64,000 nucleotides of DNA from Kiritimatiellia bacterium (GTDB lineage: Bacteria > Verrucomicrobiota > Kiritimatiellia > RFP12 > UBA1067), in contig JAQUCE010000011.1 of NCBI GenBank assembly GCA_028686345.1, forward strand, positions 1,355-65,354. Direction: 5' to 3'. Below, one piece after another: positions 45,708 through 57,600 of this stretch. The translations under genes were made by a program, and so were the position numbers. Numbering within the stretch: position 1 is the first letter of the stretch; the number at the start of each line of letters is the position of its first letter. The notes under the pieces were generated by a model that saw only the letters and a list, made by a program, of their open reading frames with translations, searched no databases and was not told where the DNA came from.

Positions 45708-48197
45708 CTACCTTATTTCAATTATGCCCCAGGTCGTGATCTGCGGCAAAGTCAGCCGGATTGACCCTGCGTGTCGTTCCGGAGTTATGACAACAGCCTC
45801 CTGCCCGGGCTCATGCCAGAGTACTCTGTTGATGTTGTCCCATCGTTGCGGCTTGAGCAGACTGACGGTCACATAACAATATGTTTCCATGGATTCAGGC
45901 GCAGGCGTGAGGTTCCAGTTCACCACATGGATGGCGAGCGCATGGTCAGCACAGTTGCTCCGGGGGAACAGATACAGATTTTCCGGTCCTTCAAGGCGCA
46001 AAACATCTGCTTCCATTGATTGGATGCGTGCGATCAGATCAACGGAAGCGGGAACAAATCGAAGGAGCGATTTCGCCTGCGCGCTCTGCAACACAGCCTG
46101 ATCCTCGGCGCAGAAAGACTCAACTGGGCTGAACATAATGAGCAGACGCAGCTTTTTTAAATCTTCGGCACGCACTGAAACACGGGCATAGCGGCTAGCG
46201 CCGAGAATGATATGATAGGGAATCTGCTGCCTGGCCAGCTTCTGACATAGTGGCTGCAGATTGTCACACGGCTGATCTCCGTTAACCAGAATACCAACCT
46301 CAGCTATTGACACAAATTTATCCAGCAGGTTACGCTGCTTATCAATAAAATCATAGAGGTCACCATATTGCTCGCGGGAGCCGAAGTAGCGCGGCTGACT
46401 GCCGCTCTCATCACTACCCATGTAAAGATCCCAGGGCACGAGATGGGGCTGACCAAGCGCGTAAGTGGTTGCGATCGCAGCACGGGTGCGTGCTGTACTA
46501 CGTGGAATCGGAGATATCACCTGTGTAATGCCAGCCGCCTCCGCAGCTTTAGCCCCGAAAATATATTGCCTGGCGCTCTGATTGGCGACAATTTGCGAAG
46601 ACTCCCCATGCAGGAAATCAACGATATCCACCCCGTAGAGTACGCGGTCGCTACGTAACGGGGCCAGCAGTCCGTTCACGGAGACGGGGATATATTTATC
46701 AGGGGAGCAGGCGTCGAGTTTTCGGCGAAATTCCTTATAAAAATTCCGCATGCTGTCAATTTGAAAATCGGCAAACTGCGGGGTCAACGGAAGTTCGCAA
46801 TACATCTGACGATACGTTGCGGCATCAGGCACGCCGTTGGCTTTGAGGTGAAGACGATAGTCAAAGGATTTTAGATCGTCGATGCCAAGCTCCTTCAGCT
46901 CCGCGGAAGAGTATCGCAGGGCAAGCCACTCTCGAAAACCCCTGCGGCATGTTTCGCAGAAGCAGAGACCTGCATTGCGTACCCAACTGGCATTCATCTC
47001 CCAGTCATCCACGTGGATGGAGTCCACTCCGCTTGCGACAAGGTGCTGCGCGTCAGCAAAAAAGAGTTTACGGAAGGCAGGATGATTGCAGCAGCCGGTG
47101 AAGGTTCTGGGCCCGAATGTCACCATCCATCGCGGTGTGTTCTTGTTGCCATCCAGATCCTCATGGCGCCCTGAGGCATCGCCGCGCGCTATGGTATTGG
47201 TAGTGGCATGGCTCTGGCCTTGCAGACCATTGAGTGTACCCTGATAAAAGCGTCCGGATCTTTTAACGCTGTTAATAAAATTAGTTTCCGAGCCGTAAAC
47301 CCAGAGACAGTGTGTTGCATGAAAAGACTCCATAACCTCAAATGCATTTGTGCGCCTCTGCCAGCGGGTCGAAAAGGGAATGGCAGAGGCAGGCAGATGA
47401 AAGGCGTGATTGGTGGAGGGGAGTCGGCCCAGCTCAACGACCGAAGCAACAGCGGTTTCCCGGCCAGCGGCGAGGTCGGCGTTAAAAACAGAGCGCAGCG
47501 CGGGTTCATCAAGTGCTCCGCGATAGATGCGCAGCTGATCCAGCCATCCGTTGAAAGGGCGAATGCCGCTGAAGTTACCGAGGATGAGATCCCCAGCGGC
47601 TGCTTTGAAGGAATCGCGACGTTCCTCGCTGCCGATAAAAGTGAGCGGTTGTTGTCGGTTTCCAGTATAAGCACAGATCATTTGCGGCGCAACCGTTACA
47701 GCAACAAAACACCAGTTTGCGCAGAGATCTAATCTGTCCCGGCCTCTGAATGTATAATTTACCTTGGAGGCTCCGGGGCCAAGGGCCAGCGATAGCCCAG
47801 AGGGGTGCGCCATCAGATCCCAGGCATTGATTTTCTGGAGCAGTCGGGCGCTCTCACCTTGAACCAGTGGATTCTGGCGCATCCAGAGCAGCAGCGTGAA
47901 ACTCTCCAGCGAATCCAATGCGCTGTCATGAAATATCACCCCTCCCCCGGATGGTTGATCCTGCGGGGAGAGGCCGCCGTGACGCGCTGCGGCGGTTAAA
48001 TCCAGCGAGTGTCCGAAAGGACCAAATCCGAACAAGGGATCCTCATGCGGTGCGTAGGTGTGAAAACGCCCTTGCCCGCCAAGAGATCCACGATTCACAA
48101 GATTTGTTTCAAAATCAAATGAGAGCAGGGGCGGTGCGCTGGCAAAAGCAGTTGTAGCGAGTGCCAGCCAGATCAGCACCGAAGCAGAGATGAGCAT
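45708..48197 (-). CDS. Secreted protein with N-terminal LamG/concanavalin-like domain and a large C-terminal putative glycoside-hydrolase domain
   Basis: Signal peptide MLISASVLIWLALATTAFASA. LamG-like first 250 residues. The ORF may start at 48233. Confidence 0.6.
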   Translation of the reverse strand: MLISASVLIWLALATTAFASAPPLLSFDFETNLVNRGSLGGQGRFHTYAPHEDPLFGFGPFGHSLDLTAAARHGGLSPQDQPSGGGVIFHDSALDSLESFTLLLWMRQNPLVQGESARLLQKINAWDLMAHPSGLSLALGPGASKVNYTFRGRDRLDLCANWCFVAVTVAPQMICAYTGNRQQPLTFIGSEERRDSFKAAAGDLILGNFSGIRPFNGWLDQLRIYRGALDEPALRSVFNADLAAGRETAVASVVELGRLPSTNHAFHLPASAIPFSTRWQRRTNAFEVMESFHATHCLWVYGSETNFINSVKRSGRFYQGTLNGLQGQSHATTNTIARGDASGRHEDLDGNKNTPRWMVTFGPRTFTGCCNHPAFRKLFFADAQHLVASGVDSIHVDDWEMNASWVRNAGLCFCETCRRGFREWLALRYSSAELKELGIDDLKSFDYRLHLKANGVPDAATYRQMYCELPLTPQFADFQIDSMRNFYKEFRRKLDACSPDKYIPVSVNGLLAPLRSDRVLYGVDIVDFLHGESSQIVANQSARQYIFGAKAAEAAGITQVISPIPRSTARTRAAIATTYALGQPHLVPWDLYMGSDESGSQPRYFGSREQYGDLYDFIDKQRNLLDKFVSIAEVGILVNGDQPCDNLQPLCQKLARQQIPYHIILGASRYARVSVRAEDLKKLRLLIMFSPVESFCAEDQAVLQSAQAKSLLRFVPASVDLIARIQSMEADVLRLEGPENLYLFPRSNCADHALAIHVVNWNLTPAPESMETYCYVTVSLLKPQRWDNINRVLWHEPGQEAVVITPERHAGSIRLTLPQITTWGIIEIR

Positions 48198-48242
48198 GGA
48201 TTCTCCTCCAACAGAACTATTTATAATATGCATAAAAAAACC

Positions 48243-50204
48243 TCAATCAGGACATCCGGCCTTGAAATTACCGACGGCCTCACTGGTACGAATAGCACGC
48301 CCATAAACGCTCAGTGCTTGAACTGCAGGGGCTATTTTAATCATTGAGGCACCGTTGGGTGTGCGGAGATATGGGCTGAAATGTCCCCATCCGAACTGAC
48401 GCTGATTACCTCCGTCACAAAGAACTCCATCCACAACAAAGGTAATAATTTTCGGGCCGCCATCGACTGTAATGACTGCATGATGGGGCTTGCCGGCAGT
48501 CAGCAGGTTTTTGTCACTGGACCAGGTGCATTCACTGCGCCCGTCGTTGAGAGTGATCCGGAGCGAGCCCTCCTCCGCAATTGACACAAGGATACCCGTT
48601 GCATCGGTATCGCGGGAATCGAGTAAGGGCTGGCCTGGATTGAGGTTATCAGGCTTGAACCACACACCGATACTGAATCCGGCACGCAGATCCTGGCCGC
48701 GTTGATCCTCGGACTTTGGATCGCGTCTGTTCAGGAGCGGCAGACGCGGCATCGCGACTTGCGCAGGCAGCGGTTTTTTGTCTGCCAGGTCCAGGATTAG
48801 CCCCTTGGTGGCAGCGCTCTTAGCATCCCACTGATTGAAGAGTCCCTGGAGCAGATCAGCTGCAATTTCATGGGTGTGGCCGATGGTTTTCTGAGTTTCT
48901 GTAACAAAAAATTTGCCATCCTGCTCAACAAGATCAGGGTAGCTCATGCGGATATAGGGGTCATCATCATAGAGAAGGATCTCTGGCTGCGACCACTGGA
49001 TCATGCGGCCCTCAGGGGTATCGGTTTCGCGACCAGCCATAAGCCAGACCGGGTTGCGGTCATCGTAAGGGCTGCGTCCAGCCTTTCCTCCGGCACCCAG
49101 TTCACCTATAAAGCGGCCGCCGTGATTGTGGAACCAGTAGAGAAACTTGCCGTTGGAGCATTTCCAGACAAAATTGGCAGCCCGCGGATGTTTGACCCTT
49201 TTGCCGCCTGGCGTAAAAGTTTTATATGCCGGTGTGCTCCAGCTGCGGGCGCCATCGCGGCTGTACGAACAGGCAGGCCAGCCGTCGATGGTCCGGTAGA
49301 CGCAGTAGATTGAGCCGTCACTGAGCGACACAATACTCTGCTCCTCGGCAACACGTCCGCCACCAGGCGGGGTGCGCAAGCCGATAGTGCCCTCGGGCAG
49401 GGTGATGAAGCTGACCTTGGCCGGATCACGTTCGGTCAGGATGTTTTCGCTCTTCAGAAAAGCCCCCTCAGAGCGGGCGAAGAATCCCGCGCCCATGGCA
49501 CCCACTTTATGCATCACGCAGATAGCGGCGTTATCATGAATCAGCGGACGGCCCACGTTCCAGAAAAACTTGAGTTTACCTCCATAGACATTCTCAGTGT
49601 CGCAATCAAAGGCGCGCATGGGAATGTCGTAGCGCTCTGTTGACCAGGAACGTCCGTGGTCATCCGAGTATTTGAAGACATAATGGCCGAGTGAGTCGAC
49701 GCGTGTGTAGACCCCCTTGTCCTCACGTTTGACCTCTTTGACAAGGTCGGTATTATGGTTGTAAAAGCAGTAGATGCGGCCATAGGGCACTTTCAGCATA
49801 ACTGCGTAAGAGGCTTCGGTCTTACCAGAGGGTTCCACATCCACGGGTTCAGACCATGTTTTGCCTTGATCCGTGCTGCGCATTGAGACCACATGCTGAC
49901 CAGGTGCACCTTCGCGCCCGGTTCCAGTGGTGATACAGCAGAGCCAGGCATTATCATCTGTTTGAACAATGTAGGGCTGGTCAACGTAGTGCTTACTTGG
50001 AATCTCCCATCCAGTTGCAATATGCCGCATGTCGGGGATCGACGCGGGGTGGGAACTGATTGGCTGAGCTGCACCAGCGGCGGCGAGTGCGATGCCGACA
50101 AGTAGCAGGAGAGCTTCTGTTCTGTGGAAGATTCTATTTTGCAAGCCAGCGACCTGTGGAACAGGGTGACCCTTATCCTTGATGTTTCGTTGTGTTGTTT
50201 TCAT
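48243..50204 (-). CDS. BNR/Asp-box sialidase-like glycoside hydrolase with C-terminal LamG-like domain
   Basis: Asp boxes STDQGKTWS, SDDHGRSWS, SRDGARSWS. 653 aa with an N-terminal hydrophobic segment. Confidence 0.7.
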   Translation of the reverse strand: MKTTQRNIKDKGHPVPQVAGLQNRIFHRTEALLLLVGIALAAAGAAQPISSHPASIPDMRHIATGWEIPSKHYVDQPYIVQTDDNAWLCCITTGTGREGAPGQHVVSMRSTDQGKTWSEPVDVEPSGKTEASYAVMLKVPYGRIYCFYNHNTDLVKEVKREDKGVYTRVDSLGHYVFKYSDDHGRSWSTERYDIPMRAFDCDTENVYGGKLKFFWNVGRPLIHDNAAICVMHKVGAMGAGFFARSEGAFLKSENILTERDPAKVSFITLPEGTIGLRTPPGGGRVAEEQSIVSLSDGSIYCVYRTIDGWPACSYSRDGARSWSTPAYKTFTPGGKRVKHPRAANFVWKCSNGKFLYWFHNHGGRFIGELGAGGKAGRSPYDDRNPVWLMAGRETDTPEGRMIQWSQPEILLYDDDPYIRMSYPDLVEQDGKFFVTETQKTIGHTHEIAADLLQGLFNQWDAKSAATKGLILDLADKKPLPAQVAMPRLPLLNRRDPKSEDQRGQDLRAGFSIGVWFKPDNLNPGQPLLDSRDTDATGILVSIAEEGSLRITLNDGRSECTWSSDKNLLTAGKPHHAVITVDGGPKIITFVVDGVLCDGGNQRQFGWGHFSPYLRTPNGASMIKIAPAVQALSVYGRAIRTSEAVGNFKAGCPD

Positions 50205-50405
50205 ATCGTATTACCTTTCAAGACAGCCTTCAGCGGCTGTTATTTCACCTTTTTTACGGTTAAATATTGATCAAAATCATTTCTGCGTAACATTTAGTCC
50301 TCGCCTGGTTTGATGCGAGCAAAGGACTTGATTTCGTCAGGTGACAGCGCGCGAAGGTAAATCCGCAGGTCATCAATCATTCCGCCGAACCATGCTGGCG
50401 AACTT

Positions 50406-52256
50406 TCAAAAGGGCGGCGGCGGATATCCGCCGAACTCAGGCGGATAATTTGTCTGGACCCCAATCTCGGCATAGTTCATCCGTTCCTGATTGAAACCCT
50501 CTCTCCAACTCACATTTTGCATCACCGCTGAATCGGCATTGTCAGCGCCATTGGAGCGGAAGGGGTCTCCCTGAGTACGCACAATCTGGATGTCCCGGAA
50601 GATCTGATCCATCGCCATCTTCGGCCAGTCAAGAAATATTCCGTTGGGCGGAATATCCATCATGCTGTCAAGTGCGCGGGTGTCAGCGATAGTGATCTGC
50701 TCATAAGTATTAGTACAGCCTCCGCCGGAATTATTCAGATTGGCGGCATGTAGTGCCCCCATGTCACCGCTGTCCTGACCACAGTGATGGATACTCAGAT
50801 GGTGGATCCAATTCCGGCTGGCGGGCGGAACTCCCGTCGTAACCGGAGGTCCGTGCTGTGCACCGGTATTACCCCGCATCGTTATTGCGTAACGCGGAGA
50901 ATTAAACAACTCGGAGTGACAGATTTCATTGTAGCTGACATTCATCAACTCAATGCACGATGCGTAGAGGCCAAGCTGACCCACGTCATGGATACGGTTG
51001 TTACAGAGAAGATTCTGCTCTAGGCGGGCGACAGATGCGCCAAAGCCTTTTGCAGCCGGGAAGCGATTGCAGAGCGTAATCCCGCTGATGCCGATCTGTT
51101 CAATCAGAGAGCCGCTGACCGTATTGCCCACATTATGCTCCGTCATCAGCACACCGTGCCGACCGGAGTTGCGGAGCCAGCAGTTGCTGAGGGTTATTGC
51201 TTCAGTGTCTGACAGATGTATCAGCGCATAATCCCGGCGACCCCAGTCATGCGACCACCAGTGTAGCGAGGGTGAGATCGCTTCGGTTTCCTCAAACACA
51301 AGACCATCAAAGCGCAGATTACGCACACAGTTGTCGCGGCCACCACCCTGGATCTGCACCAGCGTCAGCACTACCGGTGCCGTGATGTTGAGCTTATCGG
51401 GATGACCATGATTGATAGGAATGCAGTAGAGCACGGCTGCACTCCGGTCGAGGTAGAACTCGCCGGGTGCATCCAGAAACGCAGGCTCATCTTCAAGAAA
51501 ATAGCGGGCACCGCCGAGAATCTCAGTACGATCACCCAGATTATCGAAATAAATCCTGCGGGCATCACGGTCTATTTTTGTAACCTGACAGGTCCAGCGG
51601 TGCCAGTCGCAGCTTCCCCACGGAAAAAGCACGACCTTCATCTGCGCTGGCGAGGCAGCGGCGGGCGGGGCATCATCTACGGCATATTCCAGCCAACTGA
51701 TCCGGTTGCCGCGTTCCAGATGAGGGCTGCCTGCCTCGCTGATGAGGTAGCAGCCAAAGGCCGATGATAGAGAGGTATCCGAAAGATAATTCGGAAAGCG
51801 CGCCTTGTGCAAACGGCGACTGTCTTCGTAAAGCGTCTGGAAGTCCGCGTCCTCCTTCAACTTCAGTTTCCAAATATTTCCTTTGTGCCGCTGCCAGCCT
51901 TTCAGCGGAGTGCTCCCGGAGAGGTGTGCCTGACCGATACCATCTACCGAACGCCATATCACTGCAACCCCTTCGCGGCCGGAGTCCTGCGGGGTGAGTG
52001 CGAAACTCCGGTCCAGATGCCAGGTGCCAGCATGAATCGAGACAATAATATCTTCTGTCGCATGCGGCAGTGCCTCGCGGACAGCGTTACGGGCCCGCTC
52101 CAGAGAAGCAAACGGCTCTGTCTCCGTGCCGGAATTTGTGTCGCGCCCGGTTGTTGCTACATGGAACTCCAGTGCCAGAACAGAGAGAGGAACAGCGCAA
52201 AGCAGCAAAAAAAGTGCCCGTGCGACTGCCGGATGATTATGGTTTATCAAATTCAT
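50406..52256 (-). CDS. Secreted right-handed parallel beta-helix (pectate-lyase-fold) protein, probable glycan hydrolase/lyase
   Basis: Signal peptide, then FHVATTGRDTNSGTETEPFASLERARNAV characteristic of the beta-helix repeat family. 616 aa. Confidence 0.55.
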   Translation of the reverse strand: MNLINHNHPAVARALFLLLCAVPLSVLALEFHVATTGRDTNSGTETEPFASLERARNAVREALPHATEDIIVSIHAGTWHLDRSFALTPQDSGREGVAVIWRSVDGIGQAHLSGSTPLKGWQRHKGNIWKLKLKEDADFQTLYEDSRRLHKARFPNYLSDTSLSSAFGCYLISEAGSPHLERGNRISWLEYAVDDAPPAAASPAQMKVVLFPWGSCDWHRWTCQVTKIDRDARRIYFDNLGDRTEILGGARYFLEDEPAFLDAPGEFYLDRSAAVLYCIPINHGHPDKLNITAPVVLTLVQIQGGGRDNCVRNLRFDGLVFEETEAISPSLHWWSHDWGRRDYALIHLSDTEAITLSNCWLRNSGRHGVLMTEHNVGNTVSGSLIEQIGISGITLCNRFPAAKGFGASVARLEQNLLCNNRIHDVGQLGLYASCIELMNVSYNEICHSELFNSPRYAITMRGNTGAQHGPPVTTGVPPASRNWIHHLSIHHCGQDSGDMGALHAANLNNSGGGCTNTYEQITIADTRALDSMMDIPPNGIFLDWPKMAMDQIFRDIQIVRTQGDPFRSNGADNADSAVMQNVSWREGFNQERMNYAEIGVQTNYPPEFGGYPPPPF

Positions 52257-52294
52257 TGATGATGATATGCAAGGAAGGGAGCGTCCCTGCTCCT

Positions 52295-54592
52295 TTAATT
52301 CAGCAATATAAGTGTGCCGGATGGAACCGCGTTAATCTGCACAATCGCTGCGGACTGCTGTTCGCCATCTGTGGCGGAGAGCATGATCTCATAGCTACCT
52401 GTTTGCGTAAATGTTGCGGTCGTGCCGGGGTTGGCGGTGTCATCAAAAACTACAGCTGTTTCATCACCAGAGATGATACTCCAACCAGTGATAAGAGTAC
52501 CGCCAGCAGGTTGACCATCATCGGCAACCACCCCTTCGAGAGCAATTAGTTGGCCAACTTTAACCGTCCGCACAGTCGGGATTTCAATAACAGGGGCATG
52601 GTTGTTATCCGGATCAACTGCCAGCAACAGCGCCTCTTCATCTGTAATAAAACGGGAGTAGACCCGCATCTCATCGAGCACGCCGTCGAAGTTGCGGGTG
52701 CCGTTCGAGGCACCGGTGTTAGAGATGATAAAGGGGGCGGTGAAGGCGGCAGCACCGGGGAAAGCGATGTTTAAGTTACCCGACATAAACTTCCGGCCAT
52801 TCACATACATGACCTGCCGCGAACCGCTGGCAGCTGCGCGGCGGTCAAAGAGGACCGAGACATGGTACCATCTATTCGGAAGGAGTTCGGTGTTCCATGA
52901 CCATGTGTACTGGGTTGAACCAGTACCAATCCCCCGGGTGGATAGGTCCAGGTGATTGTTGGTTGTGTTATAGAGAATATAGAAGTTCGGGCCGCAGTTG
53001 AAGAGCCGCTGATACTTATTGTCACTGGCCCTCTGCACATAGGCGTTATCGAAAAAGAACCAGGCGCTAAAGGTCATTGTTTCGGCATTGGCGGGAAGGC
53101 TGGCTGCAATGCCCACAGCATCGAGTTTCGGGCCCCGATAGCCATTACCTGTTTTGCCTGGCTGCAGGAAAGCGCTGTTATTGAGGGAGAGCGTGTTGTC
53201 GGCGGCGCTGTCAAAGGCTTTCTTAAGCGCCGGGTCGTCATCCATCCGCCACCAGTGTTCAAGTCCGGATGTAAGGTCACCTGATGGCAGAGAAACAGTG
53301 ACCGTTACGTCGGCACTGCCTTGCAGGTCACCGTCATCGGCAGCCAACCTGAGGACATAGGTGCCATTGGTAGAGAAGAAGGCGGTGGTATTGCTGGTGA
53401 AGGCATTGTCAAAAAAGATGGCTCCAGGACCACTGACCTTACTCCAGCAAAGTCGCGCAGCACCGGGAATACCATCATCGGCAACGGTTGCCGCGAGAGG
53501 CGCGCCCGTGCCCAGCACACTGCTGATTGAGGCCGCCAACGGCGTGACAACAGGCGCGCTATTCCCGACCGGCGGGGTGCTGATATGACGAGTGATGGTG
53601 ACATCATCCGTCGCTGTACCAAGTTCAGTGGCTGTGGTCAGGCGGAAGGTGTAATCCCCCGCTTCCGGCAGTGTCACTGCTGTAGCAGGCAGCCAGGGTA
53701 TTTGGATAACCGGGGCATCACCAGCTGGTGCGGAAACAGTGCTCCATGTTATTTTAGAGGAGAGGTTACGCATAAAAGGATTCGTGTTGATCAAACGTCC
53801 CTGCAAAGAGGTCGTGTCACGGTATACTGTTTGGTCTTCACCTGCATCAACGGAGAGCGGTTTATTCTGATAGAGCTCCAGGATCTCCTTATCAGATAGG
53901 GGCGCGTCATAGAGGCGCACATCATCCATCAGCCCCTTGAGTGGCCGTACCCCGCCGCTCCCGTAGCTGTTGTTACCAAAGAAAGCTGATCCTCCGGCAG
54001 GAACGGCGGCTAGAAAGGCTTTCTTGGCAAGCGGATCGCAGCAGCGTACTCCGTTGATATAGAAGGTCGGCCAGACAACGGCCTCGGTTGCATTGGTATA
54101 TTCCATGCGGTGCACCACAGCAGCGTGAAACCACGTGTTGGTCTGATATTTGAAGGGTGGCTGTGCGTTCGTGCCCCAGCCGTTTTTTTCAACGCCGAGA
54201 GTGAACTGACCAAGAGAGTTGGTCTGCATGTAAAAATAAGTATTCTCTCCGATCTGCATGATCCGCGGAAGGGGATTACTCTGCGCACCATCAACATAGA
54301 CCCAGGCTGCAATGGTCAGATTCGTGAGTGCAGGATTGCTGAATTGTGCCCAAGCACTGCTGGTGCCGTCAAAGCGGGCTGCCCGACCAAAGCGTCCGTC
54401 CTCGATAATTTCGACCCCACTGCCAATGGTCGCATGGCGCCCGTATCCGGATGAATCCGCAAGCACAGTGGCATTGGTGGCATCATCAATCTTCCACCAG
54501 CCGATTAATCGGTCAGACGCTTGAAGCTGCAGAGCAAAAACCGAAAGGGCCACGCTTACTGCAACAGCGCAAAAACTCATATTGTATTTCAT
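52295..54592 (-). CDS. Secreted LamG (concanavalin-A-like lectin/glucanase) domain protein with internal Ig-like repeats; paralogue of 58021..60303
   Basis: N-terminal DRLIGWWKIDDATNATVLADSSGYGRHATIGSGVEIIEDGRFGRAARFDG, a second LamG domain near the C-terminus, and a signal peptide. Confidence 0.65.
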   Translation of the reverse strand: MKYNMSFCAVAVSVALSVFALQLQASDRLIGWWKIDDATNATVLADSSGYGRHATIGSGVEIIEDGRFGRAARFDGTSSAWAQFSNPALTNLTIAAWVYVDGAQSNPLPRIMQIGENTYFYMQTNSLGQFTLGVEKNGWGTNAQPPFKYQTNTWFHAAVVHRMEYTNATEAVVWPTFYINGVRCCDPLAKKAFLAAVPAGGSAFFGNNSYGSGGVRPLKGLMDDVRLYDAPLSDKEILELYQNKPLSVDAGEDQTVYRDTTSLQGRLINTNPFMRNLSSKITWSTVSAPAGDAPVIQIPWLPATAVTLPEAGDYTFRLTTATELGTATDDVTITRHISTPPVGNSAPVVTPLAASISSVLGTGAPLAATVADDGIPGAARLCWSKVSGPGAIFFDNAFTSNTTAFFSTNGTYVLRLAADDGDLQGSADVTVTVSLPSGDLTSGLEHWWRMDDDPALKKAFDSAADNTLSLNNSAFLQPGKTGNGYRGPKLDAVGIAASLPANAETMTFSAWFFFDNAYVQRASDNKYQRLFNCGPNFYILYNTTNNHLDLSTRGIGTGSTQYTWSWNTELLPNRWYHVSVLFDRRAAASGSRQVMYVNGRKFMSGNLNIAFPGAAAFTAPFIISNTGASNGTRNFDGVLDEMRVYSRFITDEEALLLAVDPDNNHAPVIEIPTVRTVKVGQLIALEGVVADDGQPAGGTLITGWSIISGDETAVVFDDTANPGTTATFTQTGSYEIMLSATDGEQQSAAIVQINAVPSGTLILLN

Positions 54593-54601
54593 AACGTCTC
54601 C

Positions 54602-57600
54602 TTACAAGTCGGGGGCAACCCCAATTGAATCCAGCCGTTCAAGCAGCTGCTGCCGTGCAGCGCTATAACTGGCGGCATTGTTCGCATACTCTGAACGGAT
54701 ATCTTTGTTGCGATAGTCCAGCACCATTGCATGGACAATGCTATCGGCGATTGCTGCGGCACAGTCGGGATCTTTGGCGCGCAGCATCTTCAATAGAGTG
54801 TAATCTTCGATGCCCTGCTGTAGCGCCACCATGCGCATCGACCCAGTAAGTCCCTTGGCAGTTGGATAAAACAGCCAGTTGTCGCCGGGCGGATGTCCGG
54901 GAGCGGTGGAGCCATTCGGCAGCGGGCCGATACTGGAGGTATAAGGGTCGGCGCCGCGGTAGCCATTGGCAGCCCAATGCAGAAGCCCGCTGGCGCGGCA
55001 GTAATCAACGACCCAGGGTAGAGCCCGGCTGCGCCAGAGTGGGACATCGAGATGACTGTTGGGGTGAGGCGGCGTGGGTGAGCAGGCGTAATAGACCCAG
55101 TTCTCTTTTCCGGCATCAATGCGCTGCTGAATCAGATCAGGCCAATCCTTTGAATATACATAACCAAACCACCAGGCAGGCACATCCACGAACTCCGAGA
55201 ATTGATCAAACTCATGATTCAGGGCCTCTGCAATACCAATGCCCGGCATATGTTTACGAAAGCTATGAACCATCTGCTGATAGCGCTGCAAGGCATCCAA
55301 GCGAGGTTCATCTGTAAGTGCCTGGATATAGCTGTCCTGCCAACCGCGCTGGCAGAGGTGTTTATAAAACGCGGCGTAAAAAGCTGGCAGAAAGTTTTGG
55401 TGATACTCCTCAAAAGAGAGGTTGAGTGGGCGCACTGCGCCTGTGGCCTGATCCCAGGTGAATACCGAACGATGATTATTGATATGCTTGCCGAAAAAGC
55501 GGGTGAAACCCAGCTCCTTGAAGGTTGTGACCCAGCGGTCGAAACGGGAAAAACCAAAGCTCCAGCTATGATCAGAGCCTGTGTCTGCAATGACCTGGAT
55601 CAAGGGCGTTTCCGTAGCAAAGAGAGGGGTGAAGAGAACTGTATCACCATAGTCGCGCAGGGTGCGCCCGGATGCCTCCAGGAGCTGCCAGTGAGGTTCA
55701 CTCCACCACTCAGGCGGAGCCTCATCCGTCAGATTCTGCGGCTCGGGCCAAAGCCAGTGGATCACATCCAGCGGCTGGCGTTCATGCAGGGTTGTTTGGT
55801 AGACCCGCAGGGCGAGCGGCGCAGATGCTGTTGCATCATCACCGAGCGCTGCGGTCAACACACCGTGGTACAAGCCCGGCTCCGCGTCGCGCGATACATC
55901 CACACGCGCGATGGCGGCATAGGTAGCACTTCCATCCAGAGAGATCGCGGTTTTATCGGTCACCACCTCATACACGTTAAAGGGAGCCTGGCGCACAATT
56001 GATTCCCGAACAGAGCCGGGAGGCACCTTATTGACTTGAGTTCTGGCGCAGCCGCCGTAGTTTGCCTCAACCTGCACAGCACGCAAAACCTGCACACAGG
56101 CGGCGTCTTTTAACACAGTCCCGTTTTCCTTCTGCAGCGATGCCGCGGATAGCCTTACGCTGCCAGCATGGGCAGTGGAGTGCAGCGCGAATTGAAAATA
56201 AGCCCGCCCCCCGCGCGGCAGATGAGCCGCCTGCTCTGAGGTGTAGGGTGTGAGGTCGGGGTAGATGCGATCAAGCGGATTAACAGCGCTCACCTCAAGC
56301 GTGGTGCCTTTAGGGAAAGCCCGTAAAAATGAGCGCGGCTGGAGAGCGCGCGGGGTAAAGCGCAGCTCATCAAGAGAGCCGTTCCACAAATTGCTGTTGA
56401 TCACAGGGGCCCCTTTGGTGCCGCTGATATTTCCCCCCAGGGCAAAGCGCTTGGCAAAGGTTGCATCGTCACCGAGATCCCCCGCTCCGGTGCTCTCGCC
56501 GGCAAAGTTGCCATCAACATAGAGCCGCATCTTCCCTGCAGCGCCATCTGCCGGCTCCCATACAGCCGCCAGATGGTGCGTACAGCCATCATCAAAACGC
56601 AGTGTGGTCAACACGTGCGCAACCTGCCCATTATTTGCAGTGGCAAAGAAGCGAATCTGGCCATTAATCATAATCACACGCCACCCGTAGTACTGCGACA
56701 TGGCAGAGCGGGTTCCTCCAATCACCTCATAGGCGGAGTGGGTTCCAACAGCGTTGTTTCTAAAGAACGCTTCAAAGGTCCATGGCTGATCCCGCATGTC
56801 CAGCGCGGCGTCATAGAGACGACGCATGCCATGACTGTTCATCAAGCTGCCTGGATTGACCTGCGGCGGGGTGCCATCAATAAACAGCGGCTTTGCCGGT
56901 TGCGAGGCGCGCTCGACCAGAGCTGGCGCGGGCGTGGCGGCGATCTGCTGATCAAGGTGATAAACTCCGACAACATCCAGAAGGTAAGCGGCATTGGAGG
57001 CTTCATCGAATTGCCAGTAGGCCAGTGAATGCGGTGGAGTGGAGCGTGGGATTTCAAGTCCGCGGTAACTCATACTTTGGGCTAGAAGCCTTCCGAGCCC
57101 GAGCTGTCCAGGAGTGTTGAAATGCACATTGTCGGTATGCACCCCCAACCCCTCGGTGTGAACCGTAAAGAGATGCGGTATCGCTGCGGGCGAACCAGAG
57201 TCCTGATCAATGTTGTCCAGTGCCTGGCGCACTGCAGCTGAGCCTGGCCGCACCTGATACGGCAGAATCCGGGCGCAGACAAAGGGCAGGTTCGGTGCAC
57301 TGAACTGCTCTCGGACGCGGGCGACCAAACGGGTGATATTCTGTTCATACGCAGCAGCGGCAGCAATGCTGGTTGAGTCAGCCTCGCCCTGCACCCAGAG
57401 CACACCGGAGAGAACAGGGGTATCGCCCTGCGCCCGCATTGCTGCCAGAGCATTGGTTACTGTGTGGATAAAGGCGGCAAACTCAGCACCGAATGAAGCG
57501 GAGTCGCTCGCACTTGCTCCCGGATGCCAGCTGGTGACCTCATAGTGCAGCGGTTCGGTGGTCAGTTTGGTGCCCCCTTTAGCATGCTTGATCAGCGCGA